64,000 bases of DNA from Solirubrobacterales bacterium (lineage in GTDB: Bacteria > Actinomycetota > Thermoleophilia > Solirubrobacterales > 70-9): contig DATNGZ010000017.1 of assembly GCA_035605695.1 (NCBI GenBank), forward strand, positions 14,454 to 78,453, given 5' to 3'. Positions 25,285-35,795 of this stretch are shown one piece after another (within the stretch, counting starts at the first letter, position 1; each line of letters opens with the position of its first letter). Position numbers and translations under genes: made by a program. Under the pieces are notes generated by a model. That model saw only the letters and a list, made by a program, of their open reading frames with translations. It did not search any database and was not told the origin of the DNA.

Positions 25285-25833
25285 CTAGGCCCCCAGCACT
25301 CTCGGAGCGCGGCGGCGCTGCAGCTTCGGCTCCTCGACCAGCGCGGGGCGAAGCAGGCGACGCACGCCGAGGTAGATCGGCCAGCCGAGAAAGAAGGCGT
25401 AGACGCTCTTCAGCAATAGGTCGCGAATTATCAAGGTGCTGAGCGGAGCGTCAATCCCAAAGAGGAGCTGGATCACGCCGTAGCCGAGCTCGGCGAGCAG
25501 GGTCAGGCCCATGCAGAGCAGGGCCGGGACGAGCGAGCTGTGGATCTCGAAGCGCTCGCGGAAGAGGCCAGCCAGGTACCCGGTGCCGAGCAGGACCAGC
25601 GAGCTGATCCCGAGCGCCTCGACCAGTAGGCAGTCGAGGAAGAAGCCGATCCAAAAGCCACTGACGGCGCCGGTCATGCTGCCGCCCAGCAGACCCAGAC
25701 AGACGACCAGGGCGGGAAGGACGTCGGGGCTGACGTGGAAGAGTTCCACCCGGGAGAAGAAGGAGAGCTGCAAAAGCACCCCGAGCATGCAGATCGCCAC
25801 GATCCGGGCGACGATCTTCGGTGTCAGGATCAT
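25285..25833 (-). CDS. mreD: Rod shape-determining protein MreD
   Basis: 182-aa hydrophobic protein located between mreC and mrdA. The assignment rests on position and topology. Confidence 0.8.
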   Translation of the reverse strand: MILTPKIVARIVAICMLGVLLQLSFFSRVELFHVSPDVLPALVVCLGLLGGSMTGAVSGFWIGFFLDCLLVEALGISSLVLLGTGYLAGLFRERFEIHSSLVPALLCMGLTLLAELGYGVIQLLFGIDAPLSTLIIRDLLLKSVYAFFLGWPIYLGVRRLLRPALVEEPKLQRRRAPRVLGA

Positions 25834-26681
25834 CCTCGCGACCCTCCGGTCAGGACCTGCACGAGGTCGAGGTTGCGCAGGTCAGCGTAGGGCCGCACCT
25901 GCACCTGTTCCTTTGCCTCCTGTTCGACGATCGAGGCCTTTGTCACTTCTCCCAACGGTAGCCCGGGCGGGAACAGTGAGGCCAGTCCCTGGGCGCGCCA
26001 GCCCGCGGTAACGACGGTGAGGCCGCCGTGCACCCGCTTGGTCGAGTCGATGAAGTCGAGGATCAGGTCTTCGGGGCTGCCGACTTCCGGCTTGATCACG
26101 CCCTGCACCCCGGCCGGCAACACCTTGGCCGAGATCGCGCTTTCGTGGTCGGTGAGCAACATCACCTGTGAAGAACCCGGCTCGACCGAGGCGATGCGGC
26201 CGACCACGCCGTCACCGCTGATCACCGGATCATCGACGTGGACACCGTCGCCGCTGCCAACGTCGATCGAGACGCTCGAGTGCCAGACGGTCGGCGAGCG
26301 GACCGTGACGCGCCCGGTCACCTCCTTGTATGGCGAGGAGGCAAGCGCCGGGCCGCGATCAAGTTCAACCAGCTTGCGCAGCTGCTCGTTCTCGTTCAGC
26401 GCCTCCTGCCCGGCCACCGCCTGTGTCCTGGCCGTCACCAGCTCCGACTTGAGGCGGCTGTTTTCGCCGCGCGCGTCAAAGGTCTTGTCGAACCAGTCAA
26501 CCAGGTCGCGGGCAGGCTTGAGGGCGCGATCGGAGACCGACTGAACCGGGCTGAAGATGGTGCTTACGCCGCGCTGCAGGCCGTTGGAGCCCTGCCCATA
26601 GGTAATCGTCAGCAGCACGAAGGAGCCGACGATCAGCAGGGCGAGCACCGCCCTACGGCGGCGTACTTGCTTTCGATACAC
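25830..26681 (-). CDS. mreC: Rod shape-determining protein MreC
   Basis: Has an N-terminal TM segment, a coiled coil (ENSRLKSELV...NEQLRKLVELD) and beta-barrel repeats (VISGDGVVGRI, VVTAG..FPPGLPLGEV). Confidence 0.85.
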   Translation of the reverse strand: MYRKQVRRRRAVLALLIVGSFVLLTITYGQGSNGLQRGVSTIFSPVQSVSDRALKPARDLVDWFDKTFDARGENSRLKSELVTARTQAVAGQEALNENEQLRKLVELDRGPALASSPYKEVTGRVTVRSPTVWHSSVSIDVGSGDGVHVDDPVISGDGVVGRIASVEPGSSQVMLLTDHESAISAKVLPAGVQGVIKPEVGSPEDLILDFIDSTKRVHGGLTVVTAGWRAQGLASLFPPGLPLGEVTKASIVEQEAKEQVQVRPYADLRNLDLVQVLTGGSRG

Positions 26682-26719
26682 AGTGAAGACCTAAGTTTGG
26701 GGCTTGAGATGAAGGGGAG

Positions 26720-27769
26720 CTAAGCAAAGTGCCTGGCTCTCGAATTCTGCTTGCTGGCGCGATGCATGGTCTCGAACTCCTCGAGTGAGATGCCCGAGCC
26801 CACCGCCACGCATGTCAGCGGTGACTCTGCCAGTTGACAGGGCATCTGACACTCGTCGCGGAGGCGCTGTTCGAGTCCTTGCAGCAACGCGCCGCCGCCG
26901 GCGAGGGTGATGCCGCGGTCCATGATGTCACCCGCCAGCTCCGGCGGGGTGCGGTCGAGGGTGTCCTTGACCGCCTCGACGATGTGGCCGACCGGTTCCT
27001 CGAGCGCTTTGCGGACCTCCTCGGAGCCGAGCGTGATCGTCTTCGGCAGGCCGGAGACGAGGTCGCGTCCGCGGATCTCGGAGCGCACCTCCTCGGCCAG
27101 AGGCGAGGCGGAGCCGGCCTCGAGCTTGACCTCCTCTGCGGTCTGGGTGCCGATCGCCAACTTGTAGGCGTGCTTGCAGTGGTTGACGATCGCCTCGTCG
27201 AGCTCGTCGCCGCCGACCCGGATCGATTGCGAGACGACGATGCCGCCGAGCGAGATCACCGCGACCTCGGTGGTGCCGCCGCCGACGTCGACGACCATCG
27301 AGCCGGTCGGCTCGGCGACCGGCAATCCAGCGCCGATCGCCGCCGCCATCGGCTCCTCGATCAGGTAGGCCTGGCGGGCGCCGGCCGAGAGGCAGGCCTC
27401 CTCGACCGCCCGCTTCTCGACCCCGGTGACCCCGGAAGGCACGCAGACGACGACGCGAGGGTGGGCGAAGCGGTTGGAGTGCACCTGTTTGATGAAGTGG
27501 CGCAGCATCTGCTCGGTGACGTCGAAATCGGCGATCACGCCGTCCTTGAGCGGGCGGATCGCGGTGATGTTGCCGGGGGTCCGGCCCAGCATCCGCTTCG
27601 CCTCGACCCCAACCGCGTGGACCTGACCGGTGTGGGTGTCGATCGCCACAACCGAGGGCTCAGAGAGGACGATGCCGCGCCCGCGCACGTAGACCAGCGT
27701 GTTGGCCGTACCGAGGTCGACAGCCATGTCGCGGCCGCCGAGCCCTCTGAGGTAGCTGAATACGCCCAT
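26720..27769 (-). CDS. mreB: Rod shape-determining protein MreB (actin homolog)
   Basis: [27 protein letters not shown]..., [12 protein letters not shown] chose the internal ATG at 27769 to match the canonical MreB N-terminus. The ORF track extends to 27841. Confidence 0.93.
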   Translation of the reverse strand: MGVFSYLRGLGGRDMAVDLGTANTLVYVRGRGIVLSEPSVVAIDTHTGQVHAVGVEAKRMLGRTPGNITAIRPLKDGVIADFDVTEQMLRHFIKQVHSNRFAHPRVVVCVPSGVTGVEKRAVEEACLSAGARQAYLIEEPMAAAIGAGLPVAEPTGSMVVDVGGGTTEVAVISLGGIVVSQSIRVGGDELDEAIVNHCKHAYKLAIGTQTAEEVKLEAGSASPLAEEVRSEIRGRDLVSGLPKTITLGSEEVRKALEEPVGHIVEAVKDTLDRTPPELAGDIMDRGITLAGGGALLQGLEQRLRDECQMPCQLAESPLTCVAVGSGISLEEFETMHRASKQNSRARHFA

Positions 27770-27874
27770 GCTTGGACTTGCCGACTCCTGGAAATTCGCT
27801 GACTTTGCCGGGGAGAATCGCGGAACCTGCGCGGAAATCATCCCAAACGGGACAAATGCGCCGCTTATTTCGAC

Positions 27875-28423
27875 TCAGTCCTGGTCGAAAAGTTCCGGCG
27901 CGAGATCGAACAGCAGCCCGACCGGCAACCCGACCACGTTCGAGACGCTCCCCTCGAGCCGCTCCACCAGCGTCGAACCCAGGATCTGGATCGCATAGCC
28001 ACCAGAGCGCCCTTCCCACTCGCCAAAGGCGACATAACGCTCCTTCTCGGCCTCACTCAACCGCTTGAAGACCACGGTCGTGCGCTCGAGCCCGCTGCGT
28101 TCCTCTCCGTCGGTGAGGACCACTAGTCCGCTCAGCACCTCGTGAGATCGCCCTGACATCCGGTCCAAATAGCTCCGAGCCTCAGCAGCGTCGGCAGGCT
28201 TGCCCAGCGCCTTGCCATCGAGCACCACGTCGGTGTCGCAAGCAATAACCAGGCCATCTCGCGCCACCGCTCGGGCCTTCCGCTTGGCGTTCTCGAGCAC
28301 CTCGACGTTCGGGTCTCCCCCGTAGAGCTCATCGACGCCGGAGACGACAACCTCGAACTCGAGCCCAAGCTTCGCGAGAATCTCGCGCCTCTGCGGCGAT
28401 CCGGATGCCAGCACCACGGTCAA
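27875..28423 (-). CDS. maf: Maf-family nucleoside triphosphate pyrophosphatase (septum formation protein)
   Basis: VVLASGSPQRREILAKLGLEFEVVVSGVDE..., GAYAIQ-like GGYAIQILG. The start is uncertain: TTG 28423, GTG 28417, or GTG 28492. The last would read through repeat element B1. Confidence 0.85.
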   Translation of the reverse strand: MTVVLASGSPQRREILAKLGLEFEVVVSGVDELYGGDPNVEVLENAKRKARAVARDGLVIACDTDVVLDGKALGKPADAAEARSYLDRMSGRSHEVLSGLVVLTDGEERSGLERTTVVFKRLSEAEKERYVAFGEWEGRSGGYAIQILGSTLVERLEGSVSNVVGLPVGLLFDLAPELFDQD

Positions 28424-28424
28424 A

Positions 28425-28535
28425 GGCCCGGGTGGGTGGGGTCGGAGCGTCTTGTACTTTTTCGGCGATTCATCCTCGGCGCAGCCGCCCACTCTTCACC
28501 GAAAAAGTTAAGCGGAGACCCCACCCACCCGGGCC
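28425..28535. repeat. Family-B nested-palindrome element, complete copy (ndk-maf intergenic)
   Basis: The 19-bp perfect arms are GGCCCGGGTGGGTGGGGTC and GACCCCACCCACCCGGGCC. They flank the core GGAGCGTCTTGTACTTTTTCGGCG...CACCGAAAAAGTTAAGCGGA. Confidence 0.75.
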
Positions 28536-28538
28536 CCC

Positions 28539-28946
28539 CTACGCCAACTCTGGAAACCAGATCCCAATCTCGCGCTCGGCCGACTCATCCGAGTCAGACC
28601 CGTGGACCATGTTGTAGGTGACCTCCAGAGCGAAGTCCCCGCGGATCGACCCGGGCGCAGCCTCGACCGGGTTGGTCGCGCCGATCAGCTGGCGCGCGGC
28701 CGCCACCGCTTCGTGACCCTCCAGCACCATCGCGACCAGGGTGCCGCCGGTGATGAAGGAGACCAGCTCGCCGAAGAAAGGCTTCTCGGTGTGCTCTTCG
28801 TAGTGCTTGTTGGCAATCGGCTCGTCCGCCCGCATTGTCTTCAGCGCCGCGATCCGCAATCCCTTGCGCTCAAAGCGGGCAATCACCTCGCCGCTCAGGG
28901 CGCGCTCAAAGGCGTCAGGCTTTACGAGGATCAGCGTCCGGCTCAC
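28539..28946 (-). CDS. ndk: Nucleoside-diphosphate kinase
   Basis: [32 protein letters not shown]..., NMVHGSDS (active-site His). Confidence 0.95.
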   Translation of the reverse strand: MSRTLILVKPDAFERALSGEVIARFERKGLRIAALKTMRADEPIANKHYEEHTEKPFFGELVSFITGGTLVAMVLEGHEAVAAARQLIGATNPVEAAPGSIRGDFALEVTYNMVHGSDSDESAEREIGIWFPELA

Positions 28947-29628
28947 GTGCAGGGCTCCTTTGGGTTCGTTTGGGGGTCGACGCCTCCTCGGCCGCGGCGC
29001 GCGGAGGCGCCTCTTTCCTGGCCGGGCGCGAAGTCTCTTGGTCTTCCTTTACGGGCGCATCCTTGGCCCGCCGGCGTTTGGCGGCCGGGCGTGTTTCGCG
29101 CGGCGCTCGCTCCTCGCGTGATGCGGGGCGCTCCGCTCGTGATTCGCGCCGGCCCTCGCCCTTCGGCTTGCCCTGTCGGGGCCGCCCTGCCAGCGCGTCT
29201 TCGCAGTAGGGACACATCGCCCAGTGCGGGGCGACCGGCTTGCTGCAGCTCGGGCATGGGTCCTTGAGCCGGTGCTGGCATTTCGGGCAGCGCAGGTAGC
29301 TCTTCTCGACGGGGAATTCGCAATTGGGGCACGAGGCCTCGGTCAGCTGGCGCACCTTCAGCTCCGCCGCGCGGATCTCTAGCTCGCGTTCGTGGGCGTC
29401 CTCGAGGAACTCGGGCGGGCGCACGATCGCGTAGACCGCTGTGCCGATGTAGGGGAAGAAAGAGCCGATCGTCGCGCAGGCGACCAAGAAGGGGTCGGCA
29501 ATGCGGCGCTTGGCGTCGAAGTATGTGTAGACGATCAGGGCAAGCCAAACGACAACGATCATCAAGATGAAGAGGGTTGCGGCCAAATTGAGGCCGTCGT
29601 TGCTGATTCCGAAGATCGCTAGTGCCAT
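28915..29628 (-). CDS. Membrane-anchored double zinc-ribbon protein with a basic low-complexity tail
   Basis: Has two N-terminal TM segments, then [29 protein letters not shown] (four CxxC pairs), then an Arg/Lys/Glu/Pro-rich tail. It overlaps the ndk start by 32 nt. Confidence 0.65.
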   Translation of the reverse strand: MALAIFGISNDGLNLAATLFILMIVVVWLALIVYTYFDAKRRIADPFLVACATIGSFFPYIGTAVYAIVRPPEFLEDAHERELEIRAAELKVRQLTEASCPNCEFPVEKSYLRCPKCQHRLKDPCPSCSKPVAPHWAMCPYCEDALAGRPRQGKPKGEGRRESRAERPASREERAPRETRPAAKRRRAKDAPVKEDQETSRPARKEAPPRAAAEEASTPKRTQRSPAREPDADPRKA

Positions 29629-29746
29629 GGCTGGGCCGCCGGGAGACGGGAGGCGGGCAGTCTACTTCGCCGCCGGGCTCGCGAACCCTCGCAGCGGAGA
29701 TTGACCCCACCCCAGTGTGGTCAATCTCGGATGCGCGCGCGCTGGA

Positions 29747-29875
29747 TCAGAGGAACAGCGACCCGAAGAGGTAGCCGATGCCGAAGAAGACCAGGATCAC
29801 GGCGGCGACGACGCCGGCGACCAGCGCCATCATCGAGAGCAGTTCCGAGCTGGCGCTTTTAGTGGCGGTTTCCAT
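29747..29875 (-). CDS. Candidate 42-aa small membrane protein (below the ORF-track size cut-off)
   Basis: My hand translation gives METATKSASSELLSMMALVAGVVAAVILVFFGIGYLFGSLFL with an ATG start, one clear TM helix and mostly G/C third positions. It overlaps the folC stop by 17 nt. Confidence 0.35.
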   Translation of the reverse strand: METATKSASSELLSMMALVAGVVAAVILVFFGIGYLFGSLFL

Positions 29876-31133
29876 TGGCCGAATCCTCGCACAGGGAGAG
29901 GGCGGCACGGGCGGGCGCCAGCACGTAGTGGGAGCCCGTAATGAGAAGGATGCCCCCAGGTAGCTCCGAGGCGAGCTGGCGGCCCCGCCCCACCGCCGCC
30001 TTGAAATCCGGCTCCTGCTCGGCCGCCAGGCCGGCCTCTTCGCAGGCAGCGGCGAGTTTGGCGGCGCTGTGGGAACCCGCCCCGGGGAGCCCGCGAGCTT
30101 CTAGCGCCCCTGGCTGCAGCTCGGTGCAGACAGCCCGATCCAGCGCCGGCGCCAGGGCGCGGACCATTGCCGCCGCGTCCTTGTCGCCGAGCGCGGCGAG
30201 GCAGGCGACGACGGGGCGACCGGCCGCGACTTCGCTCAGGCCCTCGGCAAGCGCGGCGGCGCCGTCGGGGTTGTGCGCGGCGTCAAGGTAGACCGGCGGC
30301 TCCTCGGCGATGCGCTCCAGTCGGCCAGGAACGGTCAGGGTCTCCCCCACTGCGGCGACGCGGAGGGGGTCGAGCTCGCCGAGGAAAGCCTCCGCCGCGG
30401 CGCGGGCAAGGGCGAAGTTACGGCGCTGGAAGCGGCCCGCGGCGCGCAGCTCGATCTCGCCGGGGTCCTCGGGAGCGACGATCAGCTTTGCGCCCCGCTC
30501 AGCGGCGCTCCGCTGGGCAAGCTCGGCGACCTCGGCGCTGACCCGGCCGAGGACCAGGGTCGTGTGGTCGCGCAGGACGGCCAGCTTCTCGGCGGCGATC
30601 TCAAGCTCGGTCTCGCCCAACCACTCGGTGTGGTCGAGCCCGATCGAGGTCAGCACCGTGACCCGCGAGGGGATCGTGTTGGTCGCGTCGAGCCTGCCAC
30701 CCAGGCCGGCCTCGACCGCGGCGACCTTGACCCGTGCGGCGGCGAAGGCAACGAATGCAGCGGCGGTCGCGAGCTCGAACTGGGTCACCGCCTCACCCTC
30801 CTCCAGGCTACGGTTGACCGTCTCGGCGGCCTGTGCGGTGCGCTCAACCGCGGCGGCGAACTCGTCGACGCGGATCTCCTCGCCACCGATCAAGACGCGT
30901 TCGGACCAGCGCAGTGGGTGGGGCGAGATACAGGCACCGGTGCTGAGGCCATGCGCCTCGAGTAGCGCCGCGACCATCCGCGTCACCGAGGACTTGCCGT
31001 TGGTGCCGACGACGTGGATCGAGGCGAAGCGGTGCTGCGGCATCCCCAGCGCCGTGCTGAGCTTGTGCATCCGTTCCAGGCCGAGCTTCCAGCCGACCGG
31101 CTCCAGCGAGTCCAGGTATGCCTGCGGGTCTAT
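29859..31133 (-). CDS. folC: Bifunctional folylpolyglutamate synthase / dihydrofolate synthase
   Basis: Contains IHVVGTNGKSSV (P-loop) and a Mur-ligase fold. The conserved YLDSL..G.KLGLERM precedes the first canonical start (ATG 31070). I extended the gene to an in-frame ATA at 31133 (alternatives are CTG 31115 and 31106). Confidence 0.88.
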   Translation of the reverse strand: MDPQAYLDSLEPVGWKLGLERMHKLSTALGMPQHRFASIHVVGTNGKSSVTRMVAALLEAHGLSTGACISPHPLRWSERVLIGGEEIRVDEFAAAVERTAQAAETVNRSLEEGEAVTQFELATAAAFVAFAAARVKVAAVEAGLGGRLDATNTIPSRVTVLTSIGLDHTEWLGETELEIAAEKLAVLRDHTTLVLGRVSAEVAELAQRSAAERGAKLIVAPEDPGEIELRAAGRFQRRNFALARAAAEAFLGELDPLRVAAVGETLTVPGRLERIAEEPPVYLDAAHNPDGAAALAEGLSEVAAGRPVVACLAALGDKDAAAMVRALAPALDRAVCTELQPGALEARGLPGAGSHSAAKLAAACEEAGLAAEQEPDFKAAVGRGRQLASELPGGILLITGSHYVLAPARAALSLCEDSANGNRH

Positions 31134-33736
31134 TCGGCGAGCTCCTCGAGCTCGGCCCGGTGGCGCTCGAGCTTGGCCCGCTCCTCCTCGACCAGCTCGG
31201 CCGGCGCCCTGGCGACGAACTTCTCGTTGGCGAGCTTGCCCTCGGCGCGGGAAACCTCGGAGCGCAGCTCCTCGCGGCGCTTCTCGAGCCGTGCGGCGAC
31301 GGCCGCAGCATCGATCTCGGCCGAGGCAAGCACCTTGACCGGGCCGACCGCGGCAATCGGGTCTCCACCGTCCTCACTGAACTCAAAGCGAGCGAGGCGG
31401 CCGACGAACTCCGGCGGCTGTTCGCCCTCGACCCGTCCCGAGAGCTTGCTGGCGGCGGGCGCCTCGACCATCTCGCGCCAAGTGCGCAGGCGGCGGGTGA
31501 GCTCGATTCCGCGCTCGACCTCTGCCTCGGCCTCGGGATCAAAGAGCGACTCGTCGGCCCGCGGGAAGGCGTGGACCGCGAGGTGCCCCTTGCTGGAGGG
31601 GTGGTAGGACCAGACCTCCTCGCTGACGAACGGCATAATCGGGTGCAGCAGGGCGAGGGTGCGCTCCAGCACCCAAAGCAGGTGGGCCGAGACCTCGGCC
31701 TCTCCGTCGTAGAGACGCGGCTTGGCGATCTCCAGATACCAGTCGCAGAGCTCCGACCAGAAGAAGGCGTAGGCCTCCTGGGCGGCGTGGGCGAAGTCGT
31801 AGCCGTCGAGCTTCTCGGTAACCGAGGCGATAGTCCGCTCCAGCCGAGAGAGAATCCAGCGGTCCTCGATCTGAGCCGGCCGACGGGACGATTTCGTGTC
31901 ATATAGGGACGTTTCAGTCCCGTCGGCGGGGGTTTCGGCGACGTTGAGCAGGATCAGGCGGCTCGCGTTCCAGAGCTTGTTGGCCAAGTCGCGGCCCTGC
32001 TGGACCTTGGCGTCTGAGTAGCGCACGTCCTGGGTCGAGGACATCGCCAGCAGGCCAAAGCGCAACGCGTCGGCGCCGTGGACGTCGATCTCGTCGAGCG
32101 GGTCGATCCCGGTGCCGAGGCTCTTCGACATCCGCCGCCCGTCGCGGGCCTGGATCACCGAGTGCACGTAGACGTCCTTAAAGGGGACGTCGCCGGCAAA
32201 CTCGAGCCCGGTCATGATCATCCGCGCCACCCAGAGGAAGAGGATCTCGCGCGCCGTGGTGAGGAAGCTGGTCGGGTAGAAGGCGCGCAGCTCGGGTGTG
32301 TCGTCGGGCCAGCCGAGGGTGGCAAAGGGCCAGATCGCCGAGCTGAACCAGGTGTCGAGCACGTCCTCCTCCTGGCGCAGTTCACCGCCGCAGGCGCCGC
32401 AGCGCTCCGGCGCCGCTTCCGGGTCCTCAGCGACAAATACCTCTTCGCAGGGATCGCAGTACCAGACCGGGATCCGGTGCCCCCACCAGAGCTGGCGCGA
32501 GATGCACCAGGGCCGGATCTCCTTCATCCATTCGAGGTAGACGCGCTTCCATTGCTCCGGCGCGATTCGCACCCCGTCGCTTTCAACCGCCTCGATCGCC
32601 GGCGCCGCCAGCTCGTCCATGCGGCAGAACCACTGCAGTGAGATCAGCGGCTCGATCCGCTCTCCGGAGCGGTGCGAGAAGGGGACCGAGTGGGCGTAGG
32701 GCTCCTCGGCGCTGAGGACACCCTCCTCGCGCAGAGCCGCCACCACTGCCTCCTGAGCCTCGGCGACGGTCATCCCGGCGAAGCGCTCCCCGGCCTCGGT
32801 GCTGAGGCGCCCGTCGGGCCCAATCGCGACGATCTCCTCGAGGCCATGCTTGCGGCCGATCTCGAAGTCGTTGGGGTCGTGGCCGGGGGTGATCTTCAGA
32901 GCCCCGGTGCCGAACTCGGGATCGACGTGCTCGTCGGCGATGATCGGCAGGCGGCGGCCGACCAGGGGCAGGATGCAGAACTGCCCGACCAGGTCGCCGT
33001 AGCGCTCGTCGCTGGGATTGACTGCGACGGCGGTGTCGGCCAGCATCGTCTCCGGGCGCACGGTGGCGACGGTCAGGACGCGATCGGAGTCCTCGACCGG
33101 GTAGTCGATCGAGTAGAGGGTGTCCTCGACCTCGCGGTTCTCGACCTCAAGGTCGGAGATCGCCGAGTGCGAGCCGGGGTCCCAGTTGACCATGTAGTTG
33201 TCGCGGTAGATGTAGCCCTTGTCGAAGAGCTGCTTGAAGACGCGGTAGACGGCCTTCACGTATCCGTCGTCGAGGGTGAAGCGCTCGCGCTCGTAGTCGC
33301 AGGAAGCGCCGAGACGCTTGTACTGCTCGACGATTCGCGAGCCGTACTCCTGCTTCCAGTCCCAGACCCGCTTGACGAACTCCTCGCGGCCAAGGTCGTG
33401 GCGCGAGACCCCTTCGGCCCGCAACATTTTCTCGACCACCGACTGCGTCGCAATCCCGGCGTGGTCCGTGCCAAGGATCCAAAGCGAGTTGCGCCCCCGC
33501 ATCCGGTTCATCCGCACCAGCGCATCCTGCATCGACCCATTCAGCGCATGCCCCATATGCAGCGCCCCGGTCACGTTAGGCGGCGGGATCGCAACCGAAA
33601 AATTCTCCTTCGGCGTTCCCTCTGCGTCCGGATGGAAATACCCCGCCTCAAGCCATTCAGCAAAGATCCGACCCTCAACCTCAGTCGGGTCGAAACGGGT
33701 TATTCCCTCAAGCTTCTCGCGCCGGTCAGCGTCCAC
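31130..33736 (-). CDS. valS: Valine--tRNA ligase
   Basis: 868 aa with PPPNVTGALHMGHA (HIGH), KMSKSLGT (KMSKS), a CP1 editing domain and a C-terminal coiled coil. Confidence 0.96.
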   Translation of the reverse strand: MDADRREKLEGITRFDPTEVEGRIFAEWLEAGYFHPDAEGTPKENFSVAIPPPNVTGALHMGHALNGSMQDALVRMNRMRGRNSLWILGTDHAGIATQSVVEKMLRAEGVSRHDLGREEFVKRVWDWKQEYGSRIVEQYKRLGASCDYERERFTLDDGYVKAVYRVFKQLFDKGYIYRDNYMVNWDPGSHSAISDLEVENREVEDTLYSIDYPVEDSDRVLTVATVRPETMLADTAVAVNPSDERYGDLVGQFCILPLVGRRLPIIADEHVDPEFGTGALKITPGHDPNDFEIGRKHGLEEIVAIGPDGRLSTEAGERFAGMTVAEAQEAVVAALREEGVLSAEEPYAHSVPFSHRSGERIEPLISLQWFCRMDELAAPAIEAVESDGVRIAPEQWKRVYLEWMKEIRPWCISRQLWWGHRIPVWYCDPCEEVFVAEDPEAAPERCGACGGELRQEEDVLDTWFSSAIWPFATLGWPDDTPELRAFYPTSFLTTAREILFLWVARMIMTGLEFAGDVPFKDVYVHSVIQARDGRRMSKSLGTGIDPLDEIDVHGADALRFGLLAMSSTQDVRYSDAKVQQGRDLANKLWNASRLILLNVAETPADGTETSLYDTKSSRRPAQIEDRWILSRLERTIASVTEKLDGYDFAHAAQEAYAFFWSELCDWYLEIAKPRLYDGEAEVSAHLLWVLERTLALLHPIMPFVSEEVWSYHPSSKGHLAVHAFPRADESLFDPEAEAEVERGIELTRRLRTWREMVEAPAASKLSGRVEGEQPPEFVGRLARFEFSEDGGDPIAAVGPVKVLASAEIDAAAVAARLEKRREELRSEVSRAEGKLANEKFVARAPAELVEEERAKLERHRAELEELAE

Positions 33737-33806
33737 GCGCCGAGTCTAGATAGATGCCACCCAAGCCGGCCTCAAAGCTGAGGCCCAAGAGGACACCGCG
33801 TGTCGC

Positions 33807-33911
33807 GGAGGGGTCGGGTGCCCCTCTCGCAGAAGCTCAGAGACCACGCTCCGAAGCTTCGAGCGGACCTGCTGCGCAACGGCTTCTGAGTGAGGGGCAC
33901 CCGACCCCTCC
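33807..33911. repeat. 105-nt nested palindrome with a 20-bp perfect GC-rich stem (clpX-valS intergenic)
   Basis: GGAGGGGTCGGGTGCCCCTC (33807..33826) is the exact reverse complement of 33892..33911. The inner inverted repeat is CAGAAGC/GCTTCTG, and the centre is the near-palindrome GCTCCGAAGCTTCGAGC. Confidence 0.7.
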
Positions 33912-33916
33912 CTCCA

Positions 33917-35206
<1,290 letters not shown>

Positions 35207-35351
35207 CGGAATCCCCTCCTTAGGGGCAATGGTTGCCTACCGGCTCGCGCCCCAAAGCTTAGAGGGAGGTGCAAGCCGGCTCTGTCAGTGCGGTCGTTTA
35301 CTGCGCCGAGGAGGCGGTCCCTCCCCGTGACTGGGAACATCCAGGCCAGGC

Positions 35352-35795
35352 ATGCGAATCGAAGCGGTCAGCGAGGAGCAGTTCGAGCGGCTGCTGCCGC
35401 TGATTGCCGCCTACCAGCGCTTCTACGAAGCGGAGACGATCGACGAGGAGCGCAACCGCGCTTTCTTCTCCCGCTTCATCGCCCCCAGCGAGGACGGGAT
35501 GCTGCTCGGCGCCTGGCGCGGGGACAAGCTGGCCGGCTACGCCTGTCTCTACTGGAGCTTCACCTCGACCGTCCCGGCCGAGACAGTGCTGATGAACGAC
35601 CTCTTCGTCGAGCCGGCGACCCGTAATCAGGGCATCGGCCGCGCCCTGATCGAGGCGAGCGCCACCGTAGCCCGCGAGCGCGGCGCCCAGCGCCTCGAAT
35701 GGGCCACCGCCCCCGACAACAAGACCGCCCAGCGCCTCTACGACGCAACCGGCGCCGAGCGCAGCATCTGGATTGAGTACGAGCTGGGGCTCTAG
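35352..35795 (+). CDS. GNAT-family N-acetyltransferase
   Basis: 147 aa. The acetyl-CoA motif A is VEPATRNQGIGRALIEA, followed by NKTAQRLYDATGAE. Confidence 0.85.
   Translation: MRIEAVSEEQFERLLPLIAAYQRFYEAETIDEERNRAFFSRFIAPSEDGMLLGAWRGDKLAGYACLYWSFTSTVPAETVLMNDLFVEPATRNQGIGRALIEASATVARERGAQRLEWATAPDNKTAQRLYDATGAERSIWIEYELGL

Noticed and set aside
27770-27841. 24-codon N-terminal extension of mreB
   Set aside because: MreB proteins start close to ..F..LRGLF..D(L/M)xIDLGTANT. The internal ATG at 27769 reproduces that start, and the extension has no counterpart.
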